Of a stretch of DNA of 64,000 nt, positions 45,966-55,273 are shown piece after piece (the first letter of the stretch is position 1; every line of letters starts with the position of its first letter). The notes beneath the pieces were generated by a model. That model was not told the DNA's origin and did not search any database. It was given only the letters and a program-made list of their open reading frames with translations. Origin of the DNA: Klebsiella phage KP2025. The DNA is taken from sequence record PP919962.1; one strand, given 5' to 3'. Both the position numbers and the translations under genes were made by a program.

Positions 45966-46590
45966 AGTTGTCTACACTACTCGATGTGTCTGTCTCATCT
46001 GAGCCTTCGGCTAGAATTCTATCCCCTTCTTCACCATCAGGACTACCTGTAAGGAGCAGATTTAAAAGTTGTGCTCGGGTGAATCCACGGAGATCCTCGT
46101 CAGTAATATCAACAGGAACTTTTTGCTCTTCTATGAAGGTATCTCCTCCAGAAAAAGCATCTCTAAGTTTAGCTACATCCATTGCTACCTCTGGTGTAGC
46201 GCCACTATCCAGTGCTGCTAAAGCGTAATCCGCTCCACTTCCTACAGCGTAGTATTCAGCTTCTATTGGCATTGCACGTGCTGGATTATTTCCTTCGTGA
46301 ATAAAAATTTTACCATCAGGATGAACGACAAGCGCCACAAATTCTTCATCTTCTTTATCTGGGTCAGATTGAATCATTAAACCTGGAATAGCTTCCTGTG
46401 CGGCTTGGCATTGCAGATTTTGTTCAAACCAAGAGAAAAAAGTTAAAATAGAAGATAAACGCCCTGCACCACCTACAAGATAATCACCAATTTTTCTTAC
46501 TTTTTTAAAGTTGTATTGATCTACTCTGGAGCCTACAGTCACTTTACCATCACTAAGGATTTTATTTCTTGTTGCAATAATTGTTGTCAT
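45964..46590 (-). CDS. hslV: HslV-like (ClpQ) N-terminal-threonine peptidase with acidic C-terminal extension
   Basis: AGGAGGAG RBS 7 nt before ATG 46590. Product begins M-TTIIATRN...GS...KKVRKIGDYLVGGAG...FF.WFE, matching HslV TTIVSVR...KVRRL...AGFAG. Confidence 0.7.
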   Translation of the reverse strand: MTTIIATRNKILSDGKVTVGSRVDQYNFKKVRKIGDYLVGGAGRLSSILTFFSWFEQNLQCQAAQEAIPGLMIQSDPDKEDEEFVALVVHPDGKIFIHEGNNPARAMPIEAEYYAVGSGADYALAALDSGATPEVAMDVAKLRDAFSGGDTFIEEQKVPVDITDEDLRGFTRAQLLNLLLTGSPDGEEGDRILAEGSDETDTSSSVDN

Positions 46591-46591
46591 A

Positions 46592-47083
46592 TTATTTCTC
46601 CTCCTGAAGTGTTTTAAGAACAGCTTTGCCACCATTGGTATATTTTCTTAAATAATCAATGGCTCGCAATGTTTCTTTATCTACTGTTATTTTACTGGAT
46701 ACTGCCAGAGGATGATTCAGTAAATCACTGCATTCTCTCACTAGCAAAGACTTTTTATGGAATATATTACTTAAGAACAATAGTTTACTCTCTTCTTCAT
46801 CCAGGAGAAGAAGCTCAGGAGTTGAGCCTGCTATCTCTATTATACACTCAAGTAAGCTCCCATTACTATCAGAAAGTTCTTGATAGTAGCTTAAAATATA
46901 ATTTTTATTTGTAATCCACGATAAAAACATTTTAAATTTTTGTCTTAAAGTCAGATTTTCTAATCTTAAAGATATTTCCTGCTCAATAAGATTACTACAA
47001 ATTTGTCTAAACTCATTGGGTTTTACTAACCCTGCTTGATAACACTCGTCTATTCCATTCTTATCAATCTCAACAAAAACCAT
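46592..47083 (-). CDS. hypothetical protein
   Basis: 163 aa. Stop abuts the HslV-like start. Confidence 0.6.
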   Translation of the reverse strand: MVFVEIDKNGIDECYQAGLVKPNEFRQICSNLIEQEISLRLENLTLRQKFKMFLSWITNKNYILSYYQELSDSNGSLLECIIEIAGSTPELLLLDEEESKLLFLSNIFHKKSLLVRECSDLLNHPLAVSSKITVDKETLRAIDYLRKYTNGGKAVLKTLQEEK

Positions 47084-47121
47084 TATCTCTCCTTAAAAGT
47101 GGCGTCCTTGCCTTATTATTA

Positions 47122-47877
47122 TCACTTATAAACGTCTGTCATCAACTTAGAAAGACGAGAACGTTTGTTTTCATCCGAGGACATTTCTACATAACCGATA
47201 AAGTCTACGATAGGTTGTCTATCACCATACTCATCCTCTGGTACGAGATGGTCTAGAAGATCTTTTAGACCATTAGGACGTTTCTTAATAGCATATGTTT
47301 GCCTAATATCTCCAAGAACAACAACGTGAGTATTAATACCCGCTCGCTCAACGAGAAGTTTTAAAGTATCCGGCGACATGAGCTGTGCTTCATCAATTAA
47401 AACAATGGAGTTATCCAAGGTGGCACCAAGCATGTAGTTCGGAATATTAAGCTCAATCTTACCAGAAGAAATATCATTTTCTAGCTTATTCGCGGTCATG
47501 AACTGCTGGAAGATGCGTTTCGTTGAATCATAGTGGGCTGCCAGTTTGTCTGTTTTATCTCCTGATAAAAAACCAATCTGATCATCACCGACTTCCGTTG
47601 GATTTTTAAGGAAGATAAGTTTACGATAGTCTCCTGCACGGAGCATTTGTAGTGCTTTCCATAGGGCTGTGGATGTTTTACCAGTACCTGCTGGGGCAGT
47701 AACGATAGTCAAATCATTCCACACCATACTATGTACAATATCTTGTTGCGCTTCGGTAGGATAAAATTCGTCTAAACGATAGTCATCATTTCCTACAGCC
47801 TTTTGTGCGTAGCGACTTTCGCGTTTATCATTGTTTGCTAACTCTTGACGACGAGTTTTTGCTGGTTTATTTCCCAT
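47122..47877 (-). CDS. phoH: PhoH-like ATPase
   Basis: Walker A APAGTGKT and PhoH-like core. Confidence 0.85.
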   Translation of the reverse strand: MGNKPAKTRRQELANNDKRESRYAQKAVGNDDYRLDEFYPTEAQQDIVHSMVWNDLTIVTAPAGTGKTSTALWKALQMLRAGDYRKLIFLKNPTEVGDDQIGFLSGDKTDKLAAHYDSTKRIFQQFMTANKLENDISSGKIELNIPNYMLGATLDNSIVLIDEAQLMSPDTLKLLVERAGINTHVVVLGDIRQTYAIKKRPNGLKDLLDHLVPEDEYGDRQPIVDFIGYVEMSSDENKRSRLSKLMTDVYK

Positions 47878-47892
47878 AGTACCGCTCCTTAA

Positions 47893-47914
47893 TAAGGGGC
47901 TTACGCCCCTTTGT
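47893..47914 (-). terminator. hairpin terminator
   Basis: AGGGGC-TTAC-GCCCCT. Confidence 0.5.
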
Positions 47915-48414
47915 TAGTTGTAAGCATCAAGTGTTCCAGAGGTTAGAACCTTGATTACTCGCTCTGCACGATTAGGCGTTTGTTTATACCACTTACTCTT
48001 ACGTAAGTTAATACCAGCCTGAGTATAGTACGAATTGCTTACTAATGTCAAGCTGTTTTTGAAAGATTCTGCTCCAGCAATCCCCATTTGGAATACCATA
48101 TTGATGATTGCCATTTTACGAATAGGACTAACCTTATCGTAGATAGGAGACAGGATCTTACTTTGTTTAATTTGCTTAGTCGCTTTTTCAACGTCTTTCT
48201 TAAAGATAGTACGTGCTTCTGCTTCTGTGATAACTCCATTAGTCTTACGACCTACCAGCTTATCCAGTTCAGTAATAGCAACCGCTTTATCTTTAACTTT
48301 TGTTAAGAGATGACCAATTCCAACTGTCCAGTACCCTTCGGTATCTCTATAGACAGTTAGCTTTAAGCCTTCATCTAAGCGAAGCATATCAAACTCATCT
48401 ACTACTCTAGCCAT
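47914..48414 (-). CDS. T4-type lysozyme (glycoside hydrolase family 24 endolysin)
   Basis: MLRLDEGLKLTVYRDTEGYWTVGIGHLLT matches T4 e lysozyme [29 protein letters not shown]. ATG 48414 with AAGGAAAAC RBS. Confidence 0.9.
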   Translation of the reverse strand: MARVVDEFDMLRLDEGLKLTVYRDTEGYWTVGIGHLLTKVKDKAVAITELDKLVGRKTNGVITEAEARTIFKKDVEKATKQIKQSKILSPIYDKVSPIRKMAIINMVFQMGIAGAESFKNSLTLVSNSYYTQAGINLRKSKWYKQTPNRAERVIKVLTSGTLDAYN

Positions 48415-48572
48415 GTTTTCCTTATGCGTCAACCTCACCATGATCCAGAACATCAAAAAGCATGTGTTCTTGAGTTGGTTCACGTTTCGGTTTTGTTTTC
48501 TTAGTGTGGGACTTAAGCTCTGCTGCTAAAGCACGAGAAAAGATCTTACGTTTTTGTTTACCTTTCATATTG

Positions 48573-48839
48573 TTACTCCGCAATCTGAGCCATGAATTCA
48601 CGTAGTTCTGTAAAACCGCCTACGTGTTTATAGTCCACGTCAGCATCTTCCTGTACTAGAATCTGAGGAAAAGTGCGTGGTGGGACTCCTGTTTTCTCTA
48701 CGACCACTGCTTGCATGTGGTCTAGAGAATAATCTTCATCCAAGGTAAGATATTTAAAATCCTGACCTCTCATCTCCAACAGTTGTTTAGCCATGTTGCA
48801 GAATTGGCAGTCAGGTTTACCGTAGATTACAAAATTCAT
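48573..48839 (-). CDS. glutaredoxin (NrdC/NrdH-like redoxin)
   Basis: CQFC active-site motif; 88 aa. Confidence 0.75.
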   Translation of the reverse strand: MNFVIYGKPDCQFCNMAKQLLEMRGQDFKYLTLDEDYSLDHMQAVVVEKTGVPPRTFPQILVQEDADVDYKHVGGFTELREFMAQIAE

Positions 48840-49678
48840 TCTCTCTCCTTATTTAATAGAACTTTCAGTGATTCATTAATACCGCAGACTACTGGCTTTG
48901 GATTCAGGAAGCCTTTGGTTTCAAGATAAGATTTAGCAGGACGTGGTGCCTTGGAATTATATTGCGAAGCAGATATTGGGTTAACTTTAACTGTCGTATC
49001 TATTTCGCAGAAAATAGTTGTAGCGAAGTCATACCAACTTAAATAATCCTTACCTGCATAATGAAAAATACGAGCACCAACCCCATACTCCAGCATGGTA
49101 AAGATCATCTCGGCAAGGTCAGGAGCATATGTTGGACAAGAGTAATGATCACAGATAACATCAAACTCCCGCTGGCCTGCGTTATAACGACTTAACAGTG
49201 TTTTGAGGAAGTTATTGCCAAACTCACTGTATACTGAAGCAGTACGAATAATTAAAGCTCCAGGATGAACGGCATGAACTAACTCTTCACCAAAACGTTT
49301 GGAATAACCATATACATTTAGAGGATTGGTTGGAGCACCTTCAATACCAGGGAACGAACCATCAAAAACATAATCAGTCGAAATGTGGATTAAGTCAATG
49401 TGCAATTCACTACAAACTTTAGCAATATTAGCCGCACCATAAGCATTTACTTCTAAAGCCGCTTGAATGTTATCTTCTGCTTTGTCAACATCCGTGTAAG
49501 CTGCACAGTTAATAACTGCATCTGGCATCTCATCAATAATCAAGTTACGGATTTGCTCAAAATTGGTAATGTCGCTGCGTTTACGATCAGGTCTGATGAG
49601 TTCCACGTCATTGGGTTTCACTTTCTTGAGTGCTTGGCCTAATTGTCCTTGCGCTCCCAATACTAAATAACGTTTCAT
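48836..49678 (-). CDS. rmlD: dTDP-4-dehydrorhamnose reductase
   Basis: N-terminal GAQGQLG Rossmann motif and RmlD-like length. Confidence 0.75.
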   Translation of the reverse strand: MKRYLVLGAQGQLGQALKKVKPNDVELIRPDRKRSDITNFEQIRNLIIDEMPDAVINCAAYTDVDKAEDNIQAALEVNAYGAANIAKVCSELHIDLIHISTDYVFDGSFPGIEGAPTNPLNVYGYSKRFGEELVHAVHPGALIIRTASVYSEFGNNFLKTLLSRYNAGQREFDVICDHYSCPTYAPDLAEMIFTMLEYGVGARIFHYAGKDYLSWYDFATTIFCEIDTTVKVNPISASQYNSKAPRPAKSYLETKGFLNPKPVVCGINESLKVLLNKERE

Positions 49679-50244
49679 CCAAAGATCTCCCTTAACGTTT
49701 TAGCCTCTCGGTCTTTTTGGGATAAGATAGGCTTAAAGTAGTCATCATTAAAGATGAGGTCAAATCCCCAATCAACAGCCACATCTGGATCATTCCAAGC
49801 GAGGCTACGCTCTGACGTAGGATCGTAATATTCAGTGCATTTGTACTCGAAGTCGGCAGTATCAGAAACCACAACGAAACCGTGGGCGAAGCCTGGTGGA
49901 ATCCAGAACTGCACCTTGTTTTGTTCGCTAAGTACCACACCCTCCCACTCCCCAAAGGTCGGACTACCTTCACGCAAATCAACAGCTACGTCAAAGACCA
50001 TGCCACTTGTGCATCGCACCAACTTACCTTGAGGATTTGTTTCTTGATAGTGGAGTCCACGCAGGACTCCTTTTGAAGAACGAGAATGATTGTCTTGAAC
50101 AAATGTATATTTTCCAATAAGAGTATCATAACGAGCTTGATTAAAAGATTCTAGAAAAAATCCTCGGTCATCAGCAAATACTCTAGGTGTGATTATTAGG
50201 AGACCTTCAATACCTGTCTCTCTTACGTTATGAGTATTCTCCAC
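49675..50244 (-). CDS. rmlC: dTDP-4-dehydrorhamnose 3,5-epimerase
   Basis: RGLHYQ and VFADDRGFF motifs. Start uncertain: GTG 50244 with GAGGGG RBS, or TTG 50277. Confidence 0.75.
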   Translation of the reverse strand: MENTHNVRETGIEGLLIITPRVFADDRGFFLESFNQARYDTLIGKYTFVQDNHSRSSKGVLRGLHYQETNPQGKLVRCTSGMVFDVAVDLREGSPTFGEWEGVVLSEQNKVQFWIPPGFAHGFVVVSDTADFEYKCTEYYDPTSERSLAWNDPDVAVDWGFDLIFNDDYFKPILSQKDREAKTLREIFG

Positions 50245-50255
50245 TCTTACCCCTC

Positions 50256-50582
50256 TTACCAAACATTTTGACTGCAAATGGTTGTTGTCTCAATTCCATA
50301 TTTCTCTTTAAGCTCTTTAGCAATTTCTTCAGCTTTTACAGTAAGGAATTTCAAATCTATGTCTTTTGCATAATCTCCGCCAGCTAGTTCAACGCCAAAC
50401 ATACAATCTTCTTGCGCTGCATCATAATAAGGAGAAGCAGAAACTACTTTAAGACAATCATATAGGAACCAAGTGAAATCCCCATCATATCCTTCAACAA
50501 CTTCTTCATTATCACCTAATGCTTGCTCCCAAACTGAGAAAGGAGCACCTTGAATCATTTTCCAGCCAATATCAATTCCCAT
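50256..50582 (-). CDS. hypothetical protein
   Basis: 108 aa. Confidence 0.55.
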   Translation of the reverse strand: MGIDIGWKMIQGAPFSVWEQALGDNEEVVEGYDGDFTWFLYDCLKVVSASPYYDAAQEDCMFGVELAGGDYAKDIDLKFLTVKAEEIAKELKEKYGIETTTICSQNVW

Positions 50583-50785
50583 TATAACTCCTCTTTAATC
50601 TGTTTAAGCATAGTTTTCAACTCTAGTTCTGATAACACCAACTCAAAGATATCTCCTGATTCTTCTGATTTGACGAATATGGAGTAACCTTTCTTAAGAC
50701 TTCCATCATTAGACACAAAGTCAACAGCACCACCTTCCTCAACAACTAATTCTGAAATTATACTAGCGTCTTCAAATTCAATCAT
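50582..50785 (-). CDS. hypothetical acidic protein
   Basis: 67 aa. Confidence 0.5.
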   Translation of the reverse strand: MIEFEDASIISELVVEEGGAVDFVSNDGSLKKGYSIFVKSEESGDIFELVLSELELKTMLKQIKEEL

Positions 50786-50794
50786 GTTTTCTCC

Positions 50795-51880
50795 TCAAAA
50801 ATCAAACTCTTCATCATCAGCAATATCTTTATTTGCTGAATTAAGTTTATAATCAGTGCGCTGAATCTCTTGTGCTGCTGCTTGAATTTGATCCGGGTTT
50901 AGCCACACATCCATCCAGGCTAAAGGAGTTTGTTTTGGAGCACGGAATTTGTGTTTCATCTTTAAACGACGATAAATAGGTGCAGCATTGAAGTAAACCC
51001 ATTGTTTTGACAGCTCAGCATTCAGGCCAACAATAACACGTCCTTCACTGAACAGGTAATCGCACCAATCTTCTTCTTGGGTAATAATAGTATCCAGAAT
51101 AGCAGTCAGTTCTTCAATGTTATCTTCATAAACTTTCTTCCATTCAGGTTCTTTCATCAGCGCGTCAATAATAGCATAATCCATCTTAACATGCAATACC
51201 TCATCCAACATAATTTTCTGAATCAGCTTACATGCACCAACGAACAGTTGCTGTTCTGCCAATGCAAATGTTGCGGAGAAAGAAGAAATAAACTGAATAC
51301 CTTCCAGACCAATCAGAGCAATCATACCTTTCAAGATCAGTAGACGTAGGTCGTCATTTGCTTCCAATTCACCAAGGGCGTATTTGTGACCAGCTTCATA
51401 CAGTTCGGACATAACTTCTTCCACAACACCCATACGCTGGAAAATACGGTCATTCTCCATAATCTGTTCAATCACTTCGTTTGGATTTGGAATACACTGA
51501 CGAATAATTTCAGAGTAAGTGAGAGCGTGAAGCACTTCAATTTCAGATTGCTTCATCATCATCGCACAAGCTTCGTTATTACTCAGGAACGGAGCGAACA
51601 ACGTGATAATAGATTTCGCCAAGGAATCATTCTCCCACTGGAAAGATAGGTTCTTTATCATCACATCGTAGTTATTTGCAGAACATGCTACAAAGTCTTT
51701 ACGTGTCTGATCCAGATTCACTTCATTCTCGTCCCAATCTTGTGCTTTTTGTAGTTTGTAAAGACGGTGCATTTCAGGATAAGTAACATTAATAGAATCG
51801 AAGATACCTAGTTGTTCACCTAAGAAAACAGGGTATTTACCCTCTTTATAAGTTTCGTTATGTAAATTAATTGCTGCCAT
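50795..51880 (-). CDS. nrdB: ribonucleotide reductase small (beta) subunit
   Basis: Ferritin-like diiron fold features, acidic C-terminal tail ending DDEEFDF. Adjacent to nrdA. Confidence 0.8.
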   Translation of the reverse strand: MAAINLHNETYKEGKYPVFLGEQLGIFDSINVTYPEMHRLYKLQKAQDWDENEVNLDQTRKDFVACSANNYDVMIKNLSFQWENDSLAKSIITLFAPFLSNNEACAMMMKQSEIEVLHALTYSEIIRQCIPNPNEVIEQIMENDRIFQRMGVVEEVMSELYEAGHKYALGELEANDDLRLLILKGMIALIGLEGIQFISSFSATFALAEQQLFVGACKLIQKIMLDEVLHVKMDYAIIDALMKEPEWKKVYEDNIEELTAILDTIITQEEDWCDYLFSEGRVIVGLNAELSKQWVYFNAAPIYRRLKMKHKFRAPKQTPLAWMDVWLNPDQIQAAAQEIQRTDYKLNSANKDIADDEEFDF

Positions 51881-52209
51881 TATTTTAAATCCTCCACTAT
51901 ATCACACCATGATTTTAACACTTCTATCTCACTCTCTTTCACACCATATTCTCGATAGTATTTTTCCAAACCATTCCACACACTTTGTGTTAGTAGCACA
52001 CTAAATTCTGAACCATAGGTTCTTATTCTGGATAGCGTATATGCAGTTGCCTTAGAGTCAAAAGATTCCCAGATCTCCGCACTCGTAAAATCCGTTCCTC
52101 CGATAAACTGACAACACCAATCTAATGTGAAATCTTTTGGGTCAACCAAGACATAATTCTTGAGCGGTAGTAACTTGGTTACTCCAGACAATACGATTAT
52201 AGAATTCAT
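51880..52209 (-). CDS. hypothetical protein
   Basis: GGAGG RBS then ATG 52209. Track start 52272 would span a terminator hairpin. Confidence 0.5.
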   Translation of the reverse strand: MNSIIVLSGVTKLLPLKNYVLVDPKDFTLDWCCQFIGGTDFTSAEIWESFDSKATAYTLSRIRTYGSEFSVLLTQSVWNGLEKYYREYGVKESEIEVLKSWCDIVEDLK

Positions 52210-52228
52210 AATCCTCCTTAGAAAAATA

Positions 52229-52248
52229 AAGGGGCTTTCGCCCCTTGA
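52229..52248 (-). terminator. hairpin terminator between nrdA and downstream gene
   Basis: GGGGC-TTTC-GCCCC with T-run on minus strand. Confidence 0.55.
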
Positions 52249-52250
52249 TA

Positions 52251-54500
52251 CTACATCTTGCAAGAGGAACAACCATCTTCATCAAAACCAGAATCCTCTT
52301 GGGCCAAAGATTCGGCTGACTTAGTTTTACTATTCAGATAGTAAAGAGACTTACCACCTAACTTAGCAAATGTAAAGATAAATTGCATCTGAGCTTTAAT
52401 AGATAGACGACCACCATCCATTTTCGAATAGTCAACCCATTCGTCACAGGAAATACCCTGATCCATGAATTTAGTTAACAATCCGTACATTTCCGCAATA
52501 TCTTTTGCAGGAGTATCCCATGCACTCTGATAAACAGTCTTCAGCTTTTCGTAGTCAGGTACAATGAACAATACATTACCTTTCTGACTCTGTTTATACA
52601 TGATTGTGTCACGTACTGGATATACAGAGTTGGTGGTGTTACTCACTAGGCTACTTGATTCGTTCGGTGCAATAGCTGTTAATACGCTGTTGCGGATACC
52701 CCCCTGAGCGATAATCTCTTGGCGTAATCCTTCCCAATCGTGTTTCAACTCAAAGTTGCCAATATCATCTACCGCTTTTGAGTAGGTATCAATTGGGAGC
52801 CAACCTTGAGGCCATTTGGTTTTGTCAATCCACTCTGCATTACCTTTCTCTTTCGCCAAGCGAAGAGATGCACTTGCCAACCAGAAATAGTGGCGTTCAG
52901 CTAACTCGTGAATCAGTTTCTTACCATAAGGGTCAGAATATGTTGCAAAGTTACTTGCGAGATAATGAGCGAGGTTTGTAATCCCAACACCGATGGAACG
53001 ACGAGCTTTCGCTGTGATCTCATTGTGCTTAAATGGGTAAACCATTGTCTCAATAACGTTGTCGATTGTCAATACGGTATAGTAAGCAACATCTTCATAC
53101 TCTTCTGGTTTAACTCTACCCGCAACGATAGAAGATAGGAAGCACAAGGCTAATTCCTGATCCTCAGTATTATCACCAGTGAAAAGATCCGTCATCTTGT
53201 GAAATGCTTTCGTCGGTAGGAAAATTTCCTGGCACAGATTTGACTGATACACGGTATCAATAAACGGTGTGTGATTATTTACGTTGTCAGCAAAGAACAT
53301 ATAAATACGTCCTGTTTCTGCACGTTGAATAATAATCTCCGTCAATAGGTCACGAGCTTTAACGAATTTCTTTTTAATACGTTTACGACTAACACGGTCA
53401 TAAACCTCATCAAACTCTTCTTCGCTCTTATAAAGCGCCTCATAGAGTTCTGGAGCATCATCACAACTCACCAACATCCATTCTTCACCTTTTGCTGCAC
53501 GGCGCAGGAAGGAACGGTTAACCACGACAGAATAATCTAACTTATCTACACGCTTGTCAACTGGAGTTGTTGGATTCTTGATACGGATTAAGTCATCAAA
53601 ATCTGGTTCCAAGATAGTGTATGTTACGGTAGCACTACCACCACGACTTGCCTGTTTTGAAGCACCAACACTATCTTCCATCCATTTCAAATAAGGAAGT
53701 AATCCACCGTGAATAATACGGTTTTTCTTAACCCCTTGTCCCGTAGCACGAGTCTGAAGGTTAACGCCAATACCAGCGTTATTCAGAGTATACTCGTGTG
53801 CAAGATAGTTTGCAATAGCCAACGATTCTGCTGTATCGTCTGCACGGAACAAACAACAAGAAGCACTACCCGGAATAGGAGTACGCAGTGTCGTCAGATA
53901 AGGTGACGGAAGATTGATTTTAAGATCGCTGACATAGGTGTACAGGCGCTTAATATCTTCAATGCGTCGTTCCTTCGGTTGGATCTCCATTACCTTCATT
54001 GCCACACCGATAAATAAGAACTGTGGAGATTCATGAACAATATCGTTCACGGCATCTTTAACTAGGTATTTATCTGACATTTGGCGAAGAACAGAGTAAC
54101 CATAGCCCAAGTTCTTATCGTGTTTAACAATCTTGCCGATTTCTTTAATTTCTTCTTCGGTATAGTCCATTTTGATCCAGTGGCCTTGGCTCACCATATC
54201 TCTATAGAAATCATTCAGTGAAGGGATACTGTGGTATCCCCCATGTGCCTGTTTATAAATCATACCAAGAAGTAATCGACCAGCCATATCACTATATGCT
54301 TGAGTTTTCTTGTCAATACACGCAGAGATCATTGCTTTATGCAGATCACGAGTTGACACCCCATCATAACAACGTTTTACAGCTTCTAATTCAATTTCAG
54401 ACCAGTTTAGTTTCCCGGCAGCGAATTCAGACCATTTACGAAGTTTCTCTGGATTAAACTCTTCTTTCTTTCCATTAGATTTGGTTACGTATCGAATCAC
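52251..54500 (-). CDS. nrdA: ribonucleotide reductase large (alpha) subunit, class Ia
   Basis: N-terminal ATP-cone, catalytic NLCQEIFLPT motif, C-terminal CSSCKM redox pair. Confidence 0.95.
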   Translation of the reverse strand: MIRYVTKSNGKKEEFNPEKLRKWSEFAAGKLNWSEIELEAVKRCYDGVSTRDLHKAMISACIDKKTQAYSDMAGRLLLGMIYKQAHGGYHSIPSLNDFYRDMVSQGHWIKMDYTEEEIKEIGKIVKHDKNLGYGYSVLRQMSDKYLVKDAVNDIVHESPQFLFIGVAMKVMEIQPKERRIEDIKRLYTYVSDLKINLPSPYLTTLRTPIPGSASCCLFRADDTAESLAIANYLAHEYTLNNAGIGVNLQTRATGQGVKKNRIIHGGLLPYLKWMEDSVGASKQASRGGSATVTYTILEPDFDDLIRIKNPTTPVDKRVDKLDYSVVVNRSFLRRAAKGEEWMLVSCDDAPELYEALYKSEEEFDEVYDRVSRKRIKKKFVKARDLLTEIIIQRAETGRIYMFFADNVNNHTPFIDTVYQSNLCQEIFLPTKAFHKMTDLFTGDNTEDQELALCFLSSIVAGRVKPEEYEDVAYYTVLTIDNVIETMVYPFKHNEITAKARRSIGVGITNLAHYLASNFATYSDPYGKKLIHELAERHYFWLASASLRLAKEKGNAEWIDKTKWPQGWLPIDTYSKAVDDIGNFELKHDWEGLRQEIIAQGGIRNSVLTAIAPNESSSLVSNTTNSVYPVRDTIMYKQSQKGNVLFIVPDYEKLKTVYQSAWDTPAKDIAEMYGLLTKFMDQGISCDEWVDYSKMDGGRLSIKAQMQFIFTFAKLGGKSLYYLNSKTKSAESLAQEDSGFDEDGCSSCKM

Positions 54501-54510
54501 TTCTACTCCA

Positions 54511-54759
54511 TTAATTATGCATATTTAAAACATCTACATCATACCCTGTTTTCATTTCGTTATATAAGCCATTTGCATATAAGAATCCTTCAAAATGAGT
54601 AATATCTTGAAAACCTTTTTCTTTAGCTTTACGATCTGCTTCTTGTCTTTTAGGGGATAATCGTTTAGATGTGTCTTTAATTACTGTGACATTACAGCCA
54701 ATACTTTCGTCAAAGTAAACTTCAATATCACAACCTTCATATTTATTACTTTCGGTCAT
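54511..54759 (-). CDS. hypothetical protein
   Basis: GAGAGG RBS then ATG 54759. Confidence 0.5.
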   Translation of the reverse strand: MTESNKYEGCDIEVYFDESIGCNVTVIKDTSKRLSPKRQEADRKAKEKGFQDITHFEGFLYANGLYNEMKTGYDVDVLNMHN

Positions 54760-54771
54760 TTGGCCTCTCAA

Positions 54772-55185
54772 TTAGAAATCAGAGCCATCATCATTACGTG
54801 ACGGATCATGTTCATTTCCAAAGTCTTCCATTTTAATATGAGAAACACCCCAACCTTCGAATTCTTCTTCTCCAACATGTAAAATGTCATTGTTTTGATA
54901 TACACGTTTAAATAGACAATTTGCATCTACGGGGAAAGTAAATAAAGTGGTTTTAGCATAAACAACACGACGATTATTATTACTACGAATATTCATATCG
55001 CGCTCAACAGTGTAATGTCCATTCTCAGGCATACCTAACATAACGAGAGCAGCTCGTAACACATTAGAATATTCTGAATTTGGGATTGTGCCATTATTTT
55101 CCTGTTCTTTTTTCTGCCAGATAGGTGTAGCTTTGATGGTAGACATGCTTACGGTCGCCCAAGTGGTTGTATTAATTAGTGACAT
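54772..55185 (-). CDS. hypothetical protein
   Basis: AAGGAG RBS; 137 aa. Confidence 0.6.
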   Translation of the reverse strand: MSLINTTTWATVSMSTIKATPIWQKKEQENNGTIPNSEYSNVLRAALVMLGMPENGHYTVERDMNIRSNNNRRVVYAKTTLFTFPVDANCLFKRVYQNNDILHVGEEEFEGWGVSHIKMEDFGNEHDPSRNDDGSDF

Positions 55186-55273
55186 AAATTCTCCTTATTC
55201 TCCAAAGGAGAGCTATAGCTCTCCCAACGTTATGCTATCTTACATCAATCTCAAGTAAAAGTCAATACTTAAA

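Noticed and set aside
51077-51649. Plus-strand ORFs inside nrdB
   Set aside because: Antisense to the ribonucleotide reductase small-subunit gene. Asn/Phe-rich, no RBS.
52210-52272. Track start codon 52272 for the gene downstream of nrdA
   Set aside because: That start would overlap the nrdA stop and span the terminator hairpin at 52229-52248. ATG 52209 with a GGAGG RBS is preferred.
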